Source: Lingula anatina (Eukaryota > Animalia > Brachiopoda). Taken from it: a stretch of 64,000 nucleotides of DNA. Shown in pieces: positions 48,817 through 61,045 of the stretch. The stretch is taken from contig CM120641.1 in NCBI GenBank assembly GCA_051362555.1, forward strand, positions 7,936,001-8,000,000, in the 5' to 3' direction. The notes beneath the pieces are model-generated. The model was not told the DNA's origin. It saw only the letters and a list, made by a program, of their open reading frames with translations, and ran no database searches. Numbering within the stretch: the stretch's first letter is position 1; each line of letters begins with the position of its first letter. The position numbers were made by a program, and so were the translations under genes.

Positions 48817-51800
48817 TATTGTACCACCAGCATTAGCGCTGGCGGTACACATGGTTTTAGTCCCGTCCGGTCCGTTCCGCCGGCTCCGCCGGCTCCTGCG
48901 GCTCCGCCGGCTCCGCCGGCTCCGCCGGCTCCGCCGCCATGTTACCGTTACCGCTTCTCCTCCTAGACGGTAAGGGCCCCCATACCCATCTCTTGGATTT
49001 AGGTCACCTATAATCTCAACTCGTTCCACGTAAAATTTGGGCCTTGTCGGTATTGGGGTCTAGGTGTGGCACTCATTGCAATGCACCCTTGTCCAAAAAT
49101 GGCAAAATTAAATGCTAATTATCTACCCTACGGAAGGAATTATGGGAAAAATTTCTACAGACGGCTTTCCAAAAGTCATATGTGTAGATTTCAAATATGC
49201 CCTTGGATTTGACCTTTGACCTTTATTTCAAGGTCAAACGGGCAAAAATTTTCAAAAAAATGAATTTTTTTACGAAAAAAAATTTATTTGCGCTGTTATT
49301 CAGACACCACACAGACTTAACCAATAATATTATTGGAAGATGTTACCCTTCAGGTCATCTTTCATATCCGTAAATTTGGGGTCAATCGGTGCATTTTCAC
49401 GGGAGTAGCGGCCATAAGATACCGAAACTGAAAACTGTCTCTAATTCAGGAACCGTTAATGCTAGAGACCCATTCTTTTTTGCATTTTGTAGAGCATGTA
49501 AAGCCCAACACTGGAGGTGGTCTCCGGTTTTTTGTATTCCATACGGTTTTCGAGTTACGCTGTATCAAAAAGTACATATTGGTGGTGAAAGCAAAATGTG
49601 CAGTACGGTAATGGATAATAAATTTTGAACTCTGGAAAAATAAAACATAAGGCTTGGCAAAGCAGACAACTTGTGGTCAAAAATGACATTATTTCATCAA
49701 ATTTGAACTTCTGGAACTTCAGAGCACCTCCCATTTCAAGAATTTTTACCAAAATGACCTTTTCTTTATTTTAATTAATTTTTTCTGTAGGAAATTTATG
49801 GCACATTAAGGTAACTCCGAAATTATAACATTTAGTCCCTTATATCTCCAAAACTGGCAGAGATAGGTCCATAGTTACTATTGAAGTTGAATAGGAAGTC
49901 ATATACTGGCAATCTTACTGTGACCTTGAAATTGACCTTTGACCTACTTTTCACCATAAATTGAACTTTGCAAATTTTGCTTCCCTTTTATCTCCAAAAC
50001 TGGCAGAGATAGGTCCATAGTTACTATTGAAGTTGAATAGGAAGTCATATACTGGCAATCTAAATGTGACCTTGAAATTGACCTTTGACCTACTTTTCAC
50101 CATGAACTGAACTTTGGAAATTTTGCTTCCCTTTTATCTCCAAAACTAGCAGAGATAGGTCCATAGTTACTATTGAAGTTGAATAGGAAGTCATATACTG
50201 GCAATCTAAATGTGACCTTAAAATTGACCTTTGACCTTCTTTTCACCATGAACTGAACTCTGCTAATTTCTTTCTCTTTTAACTCCAAACTTGGCAGAGA
50301 TAGGTCCATAGTTACTGTTGAAGTTGAATAGGAAGTCATATACTGGCAATCTAAATGTGACCTTGAAATTGACCTTTGACCTACTTTTTATCATGAATTG
50401 AACTTTGCAAATTTTGGTTCCCTTTTATCCCCAAAACTGGCAGAAATAAATCCATAGTTACTATTGAACTTGAATAGGAAGTCATATACTGGCAATCTTA
50501 CTGTGACCTTGAAATTGACCTTTGACCTTCTTTTCATCATGAACTGAACTTTGCAAATTTTGCTTCCCTTTTATCTCCAAAGTTACGCTGTATCAAAAAG
50601 TACATTTTGGTGGTTAAAGCAAAATGTGCAGTACGGTAATGGATAATAAATTTTGAACTCCGGAAAAATAAAACATAAGACTTGGCAAAGCAGGCAACTT
50701 GTGGTCGAAAATGACATTATTTCATCAAATTTGAACATCTGGAACTTCAGAGCACCTCCCATTTCAAGAATTTTTACCAAAATGACCTTTTCTTTATGGC
50801 ACATTATGGTAACTCCAAAATTATAACATTTAGTCCCTTATATCTCCAAAACTGGCAGAGATAAGTCCATAGTTACTATTGAAGTTGAATAGGAAGTCAT
50901 GTACTGGCAATCTTACTGTGACCTTGAAATTGACCTTTGACCTACTTTTCACCATGAACTGAACTTTGCAAATTTTGCTTCCCTTTTATCTCCAAAACTG
51001 GCAGAGATAGGTTCATAGTTACTATTGAAGTTGAATAGGAAGTCATATACTGGCAATCTAAATGTGACCTTAAAATTGACCTTTGACCTACTTTTCACCA
51101 TGAACTGAACTCTGCTAATTTCTTTCTCTTTTAACTCCAAACCTGGCAGAGATAGGTCCATAGTTACTGTTGAAGTTGAATAGGAAGTCATATACTGGCA
51201 ATCTAAATGTGACCTTGAAATTGACCTTTGACCTACTTTTTATCATGAATTGAACTTTGCAAATTTTGCTTCCCTTTTATCTCCAAAACTGGCAGAGATA
51301 GGTCCATAGTTACTTTTGAACTTGAATAGGAAGTCATATACTGGCAATCTAAATGTGACCTTGAAATTGACCTTTGACCTACTTTTTATCATGAATTGAA
51401 CTTTGCAAATTTTGGTTCCCTTTTATTTCCAAAACTAGCAAGATAGGTCCATAGTTACTATTGAAGTTGAATAGGAAGTCATATACTGGCAATCTAAGTG
51501 TGACCTTGAAATTGACCTTTGACCTACTTATAATCATGAACTGAACTCTGCTAATTTCTTTCTCTTTTAACTCCAAACCTGGCAGAGATAGGTCCATAGT
51601 TACTATTGAAGTTGAATAGGAAGTCATATACTGGCAATTTACTGTGACCTTGAAATTGACCTTTGACCTACCTTACGATGAACTTAACTTTGATTGTACC
51701 ATTTTAAGTTATATATATTTTTTGCGTATTTTGAAAATTCTTGTTGATTGCATTTTTATAGCTTGTCAAGCATAAGACTGGTGGCTGTGTCCCTTATTTT

Positions 51801-51886
51801 GTGTATGTGGGGGTCTATACGAATGCGCTTGCTCCAGCTGGTGGTACAATATTCGGAGGCGGTATCGCCTCTCTGATCCTCTAGTT
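48817..51886 (+). mobile_element. Non-autonomous Helentron-type (HINE-like) element, family A, about 160 nt after the GPS1 stop
   Basis: Subterminal IRs tattgtaccaccagc (48817-48831) / gctggtggtacaata (51837-51851), (CTCCGCCGG)n minisatellite about 48878-48940, 146-bp tandem array about 49835-51680, 3' hairpin gaggcggtatcgcctc and terminal ctagtt. Confidence 0.8.
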
Positions 51887-52763
51887 GTTGTTATGTTTAA
51901 ATACAAAAGACTTTTTGTGTGCATTCCAACATTTCCATTTGTTGAAATCCACCTTGCTTTTGATATAAACTATTGACATTGGATATGAAATGATTATTTG
52001 GTATGTGTTCCAGAGATCCAGGTTTCAGTGTGCTGTCACTTACTGCAAAATTATGGAAGTATGATGGGAGGTCAAACCTAACATCACGACAATGACAATA
52101 AAGCAATGCTCCAAATTGAGGTGTCAGAAAAGTGTCTAAATTCAAAATTGTGAAGGCAACTCCCCTGATAGCATGTCCAGTGCAGACTGTTTTTTTCTCT
52201 GGTAAAAAATTGAAGGTGTTTTGAGTACATATTATTTGATATCAACAAAAATGAAAAACATAAACTTGATGTACAAAGAGCATTTTTAGTTTAATTTTTA
52301 AAAAATATTAAGTATTTGCTTTTTTTCCCACCCAAAATTAAAAAAATTCCTTAAGGGCTATTTTATCCTAATAAATCGTTGCTCAAGCCATTCCTGCACT
52401 TGGTTGGGTTTGAAGTTTTATTCTTTCATAAAAGCTTTGCAGGATATATATGTAAACTTAGGGCAACAGTGAAGTGTTTTTCCCACACATGCAGCATAGC
52501 CCCCTTTAAATGCTGTATGTCATTGATAGTGATTTTATCTCATTGATTAGATTTTGATGTATAATTTTCAAATGTTTAAAAGGGATAATTTGTTTTAAAA
52601 CATTGAAATGCAAGGTCACGATCTTTGAAATACAAATTTTATGTTCCCTGCCAACAGCTACCACTAGTCTTTAAGCCAAAATCAGCAGATTTTGTGATAA
52701 AAAATACACCCAGTACACTTTATAAAATTATATTTCCGCTTAGAAAAATGGAACAGATGTCAA

Positions 52764-55613
52764 TTTTTTATGTACAGACACAGATGTGTCTGTACATATT
52801 GCCATCACCTGCGTCTGTCGTCGCCGTCGCCGATGGCGATGCCGATGCCGATGCCGTCGCCGTGCACTTTCCTTGTAAACACGATAAGTGGAAGGCAGTT
52901 TTACTTTTTGGCTTTATATTTACAGAGCTGATGAATATTCATAAAACGCAGGTCAAGTTCGAAAATCAGCATGATCGGGCCATTATTGTAGAAGTTATGC
53001 TGTTTTTTCACTTTTCAGCATATATGCAACCTTGTAAACACATTTTAAGGAAAACCGTTAGGCCTGTTGTCATGACACTCACAGGAATAATCAATCTTAC
53101 TAAAACGCAGGTCAAGTTCGAAAATCAGCATGATCGGGCCACTATTTTAGTAGTTATGCGGTTTTTTCATTGTTCAGCATATATGCAACACTGTAAACAT
53201 AATATAAGAAAAACAGTAAGCCCAATTGTCATTAAACTCACAGGAATGGTCAGTCTTACTAGAACGCAGGTTGAGTTCGAAAATCAGCATAATCGGGGCA
53301 TTATTTTAGAAGTGAGGCTGTTTTTTCACATTTCCTCAGAATTCCTCAGATTTAATTCTTAGGCATGTTAATAGCCTTATTATTTAAGTAATAAGATACG
53401 TAAAAGTGTTTGTTTGACATTTCCTGCATCTTTACAACATTGTTAGTTGATTATGTAAAAATGATGGTAAACTTGTTATCGTGTATTGTGTAATAAAGTG
53501 TCAAAAATGGAAATAAACTCATATCATTGCAGTTTGTCAGATTCAATCATTCACTATGTTCAGAATCTCAGAATGGAAGAAATTGGACATTTAACACTGT
53601 TCTATTGATATTTTTCACATCTCATCAATTTTCTTAGTTGATCTTATAAAAATGGCAGTAACCTATTAATTTTGTTTTATGTTAAAAAAGTGTTAAAAAT
53701 GGAAATAAACCCATTTCAATATTTCAGAACAGTGCAGTCTTGTTTACATTTTGGCATTTTGAAGGTGTGACTTTGAAGTTCCATCGGCCTAAAAACCTTT
53801 GTTAGTCACGTTTACTATTTGTCCATGATACTAATATTTTATTATTAAAAATTGATGATCATTATGCTGTTAAACATTATGTAATATTGCATCAAAATTT
53901 GAAAAAAACCTATTTTGGGCACTGCTCCCATGATGACCATTTAAGAAAAACCATGTCACTTACTGTTCTCAAACAGTACAGTTAATATGTACAGATGTGT
54001 CTGTACATATTGCCATCACCTGCGTCTGTCGTCGCTGTTGTTGCCGTCACTGTCGCTGTCGCCGGCGCCATGCACTTTCATTGTAAACATGATAAGTGGA
54101 AGGCAGTTTTACTTTTTGGCTGTATATTTACAGAGCTGATGAATATTCATAAAATGCAGGTCAAGTTTGAAAATCAGCATGATCGGGCCACTATTTTAGT
54201 AGTTATGCTTTTTTTTTCACTTTTCAGCATATATGCAACACTGTAAACACAATATAAGAAAAACAGATAGGCCAATTGTCATTAAACTCACAGGAGTGGT
54301 CATTCCTGCTAAAACGCAGGTTGGGTTCAAAAATCAGCATAATCGGACCATTATTTTAAAGAAATGCAGTTTTTTCACATTTCCTCAGATTTAATTCTTA
54401 GGCATGTAAACAGTTTCATTATTGAACTAATAAGATACGTAAAAGTGTTTGTTTGGCATTTCCTGCAATTTTACAACATTATTAGTTGATTATGTAAAAA
54501 TGATGGTAAACTTGTTATCGTGTATTGTGTAATAAAGTTTCAAAAATGGAAATAAACTCATATCATTGCAGTTTGTCAGATTCAATCATTCACTATGTTC
54601 AGAATCTCAGAATGGAAGAGATTGGACATTTAACACTGCTCTGTTGATATTTTTCCCATCTCATCAATTTTCTTAGTTTATCATATAAAAACGGCAGAAA
54701 ACTGATAATTTTGTTTTATGTAAAAAATTGTTAAAAATGGAAAAAAAAAAAACATTTCAGAACAGTGCTGTCTCGTTTACATTTTGGCATTTTCAAGTTG
54801 TGACTTTGAAGTTCCATGGGCCTGAAGACCTTTGCTAGTCACATTTTCTGAATATCCATAATACTAATATTTTATTATTAAAGTTGATGGTCATTATGCT
54901 GTTAAACATTATGTAATATTGCATCAAAATTTGAAAAAAAAAAAACTATTTTGGGCACTGCTCCCAGGATGACCATTTAAGAAAAACCATGTCATTTACT
55001 GTTCTCAAACTTACAGGAAAGAAACATGGGACTAAAATACAGCTTCAGTAGGAAATACAGTCTGTTTGGTAATTCTTGCTGCCAGTTAAACAGTTATTTT
55101 GTGAAACTTTAATTTTTCACATATTGGCATTTTCAAGGTGTGACTTTGAAGTTCCACGGGCTTGAAGACCCATGCTAGTCACATTTTCTGAAAATCCATG
55201 ATACGTATATTTTATTATTAAAATTGAGTTATTATGCTGTTAACCATTATGTAATATTGCATCAGAATAGAAGAAAACACAATTTTGGGTGCTGCTGCCA
55301 TGATGACCATTATGGGAAAACCATGTTACTTATGATTGCCAAACTTTCAAAAAAGAAATACAGGACTAAAATGCAGTCTGAGTTGGAAAAGCAGTCTAAG
55401 GAACTTCTTTTTCTGGAAGTTATACATTTTCACAGTGTAAACTTGTCACATATTTTAATTACATTGGTATTACCTGTTGAGGATAATTAAAATTTGATGT
55501 TGAATTTGCAGTTTAACATAATGTATTTTTGCATCAGAATTGACAGTAGCCTATTTTGTGCATAGTTATTTCCTGTTTTTTGTCTGTACATTTGACAGCT
55601 TTGCTGCCTTGTT
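52764..55613 (+). mobile_element. Second family B Helentron-type element with an internal head-to-tail restart at about 53987
   Basis: Same 5' end (atgtacagacacagatgtgtctgtacat), tandem units and 3' end (tgtctgtacatttgacagctttgctgccttgtt) as 41941-44820. Confidence 0.75.
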
Positions 55614-56120
55614 AAACATTAAGAGCACTCGTTATTTGTGCTTTACAGAAAATGATAGCTTATCTTGATAAAAGTGCTCTTCCCTTTTGGAGGCGGGAAA
55701 CAAACTACATTTATACACATTGCAAGAAATGAGGAAATCGTACACGTAAGTAAATTTGGTTTGTAAGATATCAGAAGGTTATCCTGGGTTTTAGATCCGA
55801 TTTACACCAAGTTTTTTATTTCCATATGTTCACGTGTACACGCTTCTCGGATAATAAGTGTGGAAATTTGAAAATAAAGATGACCCACATCGGGTTTGCC
55901 TCACTGCTTCAGCTCAAGCATGCTCTGGGTTATGTTCAGCATTCGGTTACTGTGCGGTGCTGTGATGTGTAAGCAATAAGGCATTACTTTGCCCCATTAT
56001 TACAGCTGCTCCGATCCTTTACTTTTTGGTTGAATAAGTTATTTTGATAAGGAAAGTGTCTACTTTAATTGTTTTAGTTTCATGCACTTGCGGGTGAAGT
56101 AAAAACTTGTGAAGAAGTGA

Positions 56121-59100
56121 ATGGAAACCTCAAATGAACAAATGACTCGCCCAAAGCTGTCTGGGTATGAATTCTGGAGGCAAACATTGGGAGGAGCTCG
56201 TTTGGTAGTTGCTCCAATGGTAGACCAGAGTGAGCTGGCTTGGAGACTACTGAGTAGACAATATGGGGCAGAACTGTGCTACACACCTATGTTCCACGCA
56301 GGCCAGTTTGTGAAGGATCCAAAATACAGAGAGGATGCTTTAGCATCTTGTTCAGAGGACAGACCCTTGATTGTACAGGTATATGCATAGTGCTGGCAAA
56401 ATGAATGTTAAAAACTAGCTAATTTTAAGTTAAACAAAAATTGTTTGGCAGTTATGGGGTGAATGTCACAAATGTAGCTGTAAGTGAAAAAAATAAAATA
56501 AATGACAAAAACGCAGTGAAATACATATAATTTTCATCAGTCTGTCCTTTAATCTATATGAAAGGTATCTTAGTTAGTTTAGGTGAAACAAAACTTTAGT
56601 TTGGCAGTTATGGAGTGAATGACGCAAAACTTATGCAAAAATCATTGTTTTTCAGTTCTGTGCCAATGATCCCCAATTGTTCCTCCAAGCAGCATTACTT
56701 GCCCAGGATCATTGTGATGCTGTAGATTTGAATCTTGGCTGTCCACAGGCTATAGCAAGGAGAGGGCACTATGGAGCTTTTCTACAGGATGAGTGGGATC
56801 TTATCTACACCATGGGTAGGTATTGGTGTTATTTGTCAATTTTATGTAAATGGTTATATTTCGTTTAGCTTTGATATTGTTTGGTTCTCAAGCAAACTAC
56901 CTAGATTTACAATCAAAGCTTTCTCTAGAGAGCTGTCCAGCCATCATTTGAATGGTCATTGGCCTCAAAAGCCAGCCTATATTTTCAAAGACAGATGGGT
57001 GGCTTACAAAATTTTTGGAAAATGAAGGGTTGAGGACTTGACTTGCTTGGGTTGGACTCCCTGTAAATTGATGTTGAAATTACAGATTCACATGTTGGAT
57101 TTCCTGTACCAACTCCCCCTCCCTCCCTCCCCCCTCCCCCCCCCAAAAAAAAAAAATTTTTTTTTTTTTTACAATGCTCTAATTTGAAATAATTTTGTAT
57201 TATTGATTTAGATTCAATTACCATAAATGCAGTTATATACAATTTGGTGAAAATGTTTTTTTTTTTTCAGTAAACTTGTGTCATCAAAAGCTGAAAGTAC
57301 CCATAACCTGCAAAATCAGAGTATTTGAGGATATTGGAAAAACAGTGAAATATGCACAGATGATTGAGAGTGCTGGCTGCCAGGTAACCATGACTGTTCT
57401 GTAATGCCAGCTTTTTATTTAACTTTCATTGAAAGTTTTGTATATTTATAATGATAAACTTAATATATTTATGACTAAAACCTAGATTGTCAAGTTTTGT
57501 GACAACAGTGCTCTGTATATGGTATGATTCCCCATGCTATTGTTATACATTGGAAGATAGGCATCTGTATATTTACTTTAGTGAAAGTATGACAATTTAT
57601 ATTATTGTGTTACATTGAAGGGCAAGATGTTTGAGTGCTCTGTATATAGTGCTATAATTTTTTTTGTTTTATTTTTCAGTTGCTGACAGTTCATGGACGC
57701 ACAAGAGAACAGAAGGGTATGGCCACTGGCTTGGCCAGCTGGGAACACATCAAGGCTGTCAAGTTAGTAATTATGTCAGAAAATAAAACAAATTATGTCC
57801 TGTGTTGTCCAAGAATATTAGTGCATCTATGCGATAATTTTGATTAAATCCACAAGAAATAAGTTGCCATTGCATAATACTTGTGGAAAAGACTGGATTG
57901 TTTTTGGATTCTCTTTATTAGATTCTTGCAGTTTCCTTTCAGACTGATGCTTATTTATTATTTTTTTGCTAACTCCACATTTTAGGCAGAAGTTGAAAAT
58001 CCCAGTGTTTGCCAATGGCAACATCCAGTACATGAGTGATGTGGAAAGATGTATGGAGGAGGCTGGAGTTGATGGAGTCATGTCTGCTGGTAAGAACCTA
58101 TAGACAGTTTCATAACTATCTCATCATTTCTTATTATAAGTACTTATTTTATGATGAATACCTGGTGATTATTGTACGAAGCTCAGGCCATAATTTCTTG
58201 AAATATAGTAGGAAAATTTAAGATGAAATCAACAAAAATCTTCTTTTTTTTTTTGGCTTATTGGAAACAATAAAGTTGGGTATTTGACATTTTGGGTGAT
58301 ATTTTAATACATTTTGTGTCACCATCTTACTATAGAGTTATTCTTATAGAAAAATCTGATATAGTCTACTGTGCTAACTTGGCCATCCTGTAACAGAAGG
58401 GTGGGTGTTAATGTTAATATGTACCAGTTAGTAAAATCTTGGAATAAAAGTAATATAATTTTTTACTTTTTAGAGGGCAACCTTCACAACCCAGCTTTAT
58501 TCCATGGTATCAGTCCACCAATCTGGAAAATGGCAGAAGAATACTTAGATCTTGTAGACAAATATCCATGCCCATTATCGTATATCAGAGGTCATCTCTT
58601 CAAGCTATGCCATCATTTGTGAGTACTTAAATACATATAAAAGCTAGACAGTAAAGGTGGCAAATGCACTCTTAACAGAAAAAAAGTCATTCCCATTCCA
58701 CTATTTTAATATTAATCGGCACATTTTAGTAGACAACAAGTATTAACAAGTGTTTAGCCATTCTGGTTCAAGTGAAGCCTCTGAAGCTGAAAAATGACTT
58801 ACTTTTTCCCTCTTCTGTTCAAAGGATATACTTGGGAGGTTTTCATCCTTTTCTTTTACTGTTTTTATAGTTTGTGTGTTCACACAGATATAAGAGAAGT
58901 ATTAGGAAATGCTAAACAGCTTGATGAAGTAAAACGGAGCGTTCAGATGGTCAAAGAAAGGTGCAAAGTAAGTAACAGATGATGTTAAGATCAAACCTTT
59001 TTTTAGATATGTAATCATATTATTTTTATAATCACTTGAAAACTTGATCATACAATAACAATGTCAAATTGATTTTTTTTACCAGTGCATCTTTTAAAAA

Positions 59101-60751
59101 TTTGATAATATTACAGACAATTTATTCCTACATTTTTTGGTTTACACATTTGTAATTTTGTTAACACTACTTATATATTAATGATTTTTTTTATCATAGT
59201 TGGAAGCTGATAATGAAACTTCGGATTCATCTAATTCAAAAAGTGATTTGCCACTGCCATATTGGTTATGCCAGCCTTATGTGAGACCAAGGTAAAAGAA
59301 AAAGCAGTGCCTGCAATCCCTTTACATTGTGTGATAATGAATTAATGTAATGATAGCTAGAAGTAGGAGTTTCTGTAACCGTATAGTTTAATACTGAAAT
59401 ATAAGAAAATATTTGTTTGCTGAATTTGTATAATTCAAAGGCATGTAACAAATTTGTTTGTAAAAGTCTTGATTTTGAATGTAGTAATTATTTACATAAG
59501 AAATTAACAACTACTGTAAATATCAGAAGACATATTTATATTCTTATTTTTGACTCACAGCCCTAAGGTTGAAACAGGAATTCAGGAAAGCAAGCCAAGA
59601 GAATCCAAAAAACGTCCACTGGAAGACCTTTTAGAAAATGTAGAGGATGCCCATTTGTTGTCAAGGAACCAACTAAAAAAGTTGCTAAGAAACCCAAGTA
59701 AGAACTTCCAAGTAAAAAGGCAGTTTGAATCATGTGGACTGTGTCCTAACCCGATGGTAAGTGAAGTCACCAGCATAACTTTTCTTCTTGAACTCAACTG
59801 TCACTATTTAAATTATCAAAGTATACTTTGGTTTAAGGAATTTAAGTAATAATTATTAATAATTTCCACATCTTACAGTTGTTAATTTTCATGGACAATA
59901 AAGAAGATGGGTTCTCTTTACCATTGTCTTATAATACTTATCTTTATTCATCAGTTTAATATTTCCCCCTTTTAACATCTTTAGGGACTGAAGTGCTTAT
60001 TCAGCATGTGTAGGCAGTGCTGTAAAGCAAAGACTAAAGCAGAGACACTCGACTGCCCAGGTATAGTCTCTCTTAAATGTAGTTCTGTTGCTATGGAAGC
60101 ACATGTATGGAAAATGCATAGCATTAAGCTACATGTACATAGAGCTTTTTTTCTTTTCCCACTGAGATATTTCATTTCTGTAAAAGTCGGTTTTAATAGA
60201 AAAAAAATTAGTCATTTTCCTATCCAAAAGTTCAACAGGTTCCAAACATATTGTGATAAATGTCCAATACTGAAAGTCAGTTTTTATGTATAGATAATAC
60301 CTACTTATTGATGTGCATGTGTAATGTCCGTCAGAGTTGTTTGATCTGACAGTTACTTTGAAAAAGTGCTTTTATTTGTAATTGATATTGTTATCACAGT
60401 AAAATTTTACTGATTTTATGAAGCAGATTGATACCCTCAATATTTGGATAATAATACTTATTTCTATGTGTCAGTAAATTTTTTTTTGCTTTTTGATTTT
60501 TTTAAGGTCACAAATTCATGAGAAAAACAAAGGAGATGGAAAGATTAAAGAAGAATCCTGACAGTAAAACTTGTAAACAAACTAAAACAATTAGCGGAGA
60601 ACATTCTCATAATACCGTGACTGAGATGCATATACATGATAAAGGCAGTCAAGGTGACTCCTTGGAAAGTGCAAATAACAAGACTGAGGGGGCTTCTTTA
60701 GTCAATTCTATGGAGGACCCTAAATTGAACTTAGAATCACACTGTGACTAA
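56121..60751 (+). CDS. DUS1L: tRNA-dihydrouridine(16/17) synthase-like, 11 coding exons
   Basis: [14 protein letters not shown]...LCYTPM...DRPLIVQFCAND...[20 protein letters not shown]...TCKIR...LTVHGR...ANGNI...[15 protein letters not shown]...WLCQPYVRP and C-terminal Cys-rich CGLCPNP..C...MCRQCC. Confidence 0.96.
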
Positions 60752-61045
60752 TCAAATAGAACAATCCAATTGGTTTTTACAATTTTAGTGCACTACAGAA
60801 AAAGATCTACTCATTATTTTAACTAAAAGAGCAGGAACATTTTTTATGAAATTTCAGATGGATGGTTGAAAGCAACAATACTGATTATTAGAACGTAAAC
60901 ATATTTATTTTTAGAAAATGGTGTTTTTCACATCCAACATTTTGTATATTTTACTTTATATTGAATTTTAACCATGCCTCAAAAATAAAATATTCAAACA
61001 TAACTATAACGTACAGCATTGTCTGTTTTTGTAAACAGTAATTGA

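Noticed and set aside
48782-49029. Arg-rich, protamine-like ORFs on both strands
   Set aside because: Translation of the 9-bp CTCCGCCGG minisatellite at the 5' end of a repeat element
49835-51680. Regular repeats superficially like a CRISPR array
   Set aside because: Whole 146-bp units are repeated with no unique spacers; eukaryotic context; no cas genes
52625-53362. 245-aa ORF with internal repeats ([13 protein letters not shown])
   Set aside because: It reads through the microsatellite and tandem units of a Helentron-type element; the other copy (41941 onward) is not open in the same way; start is TTG
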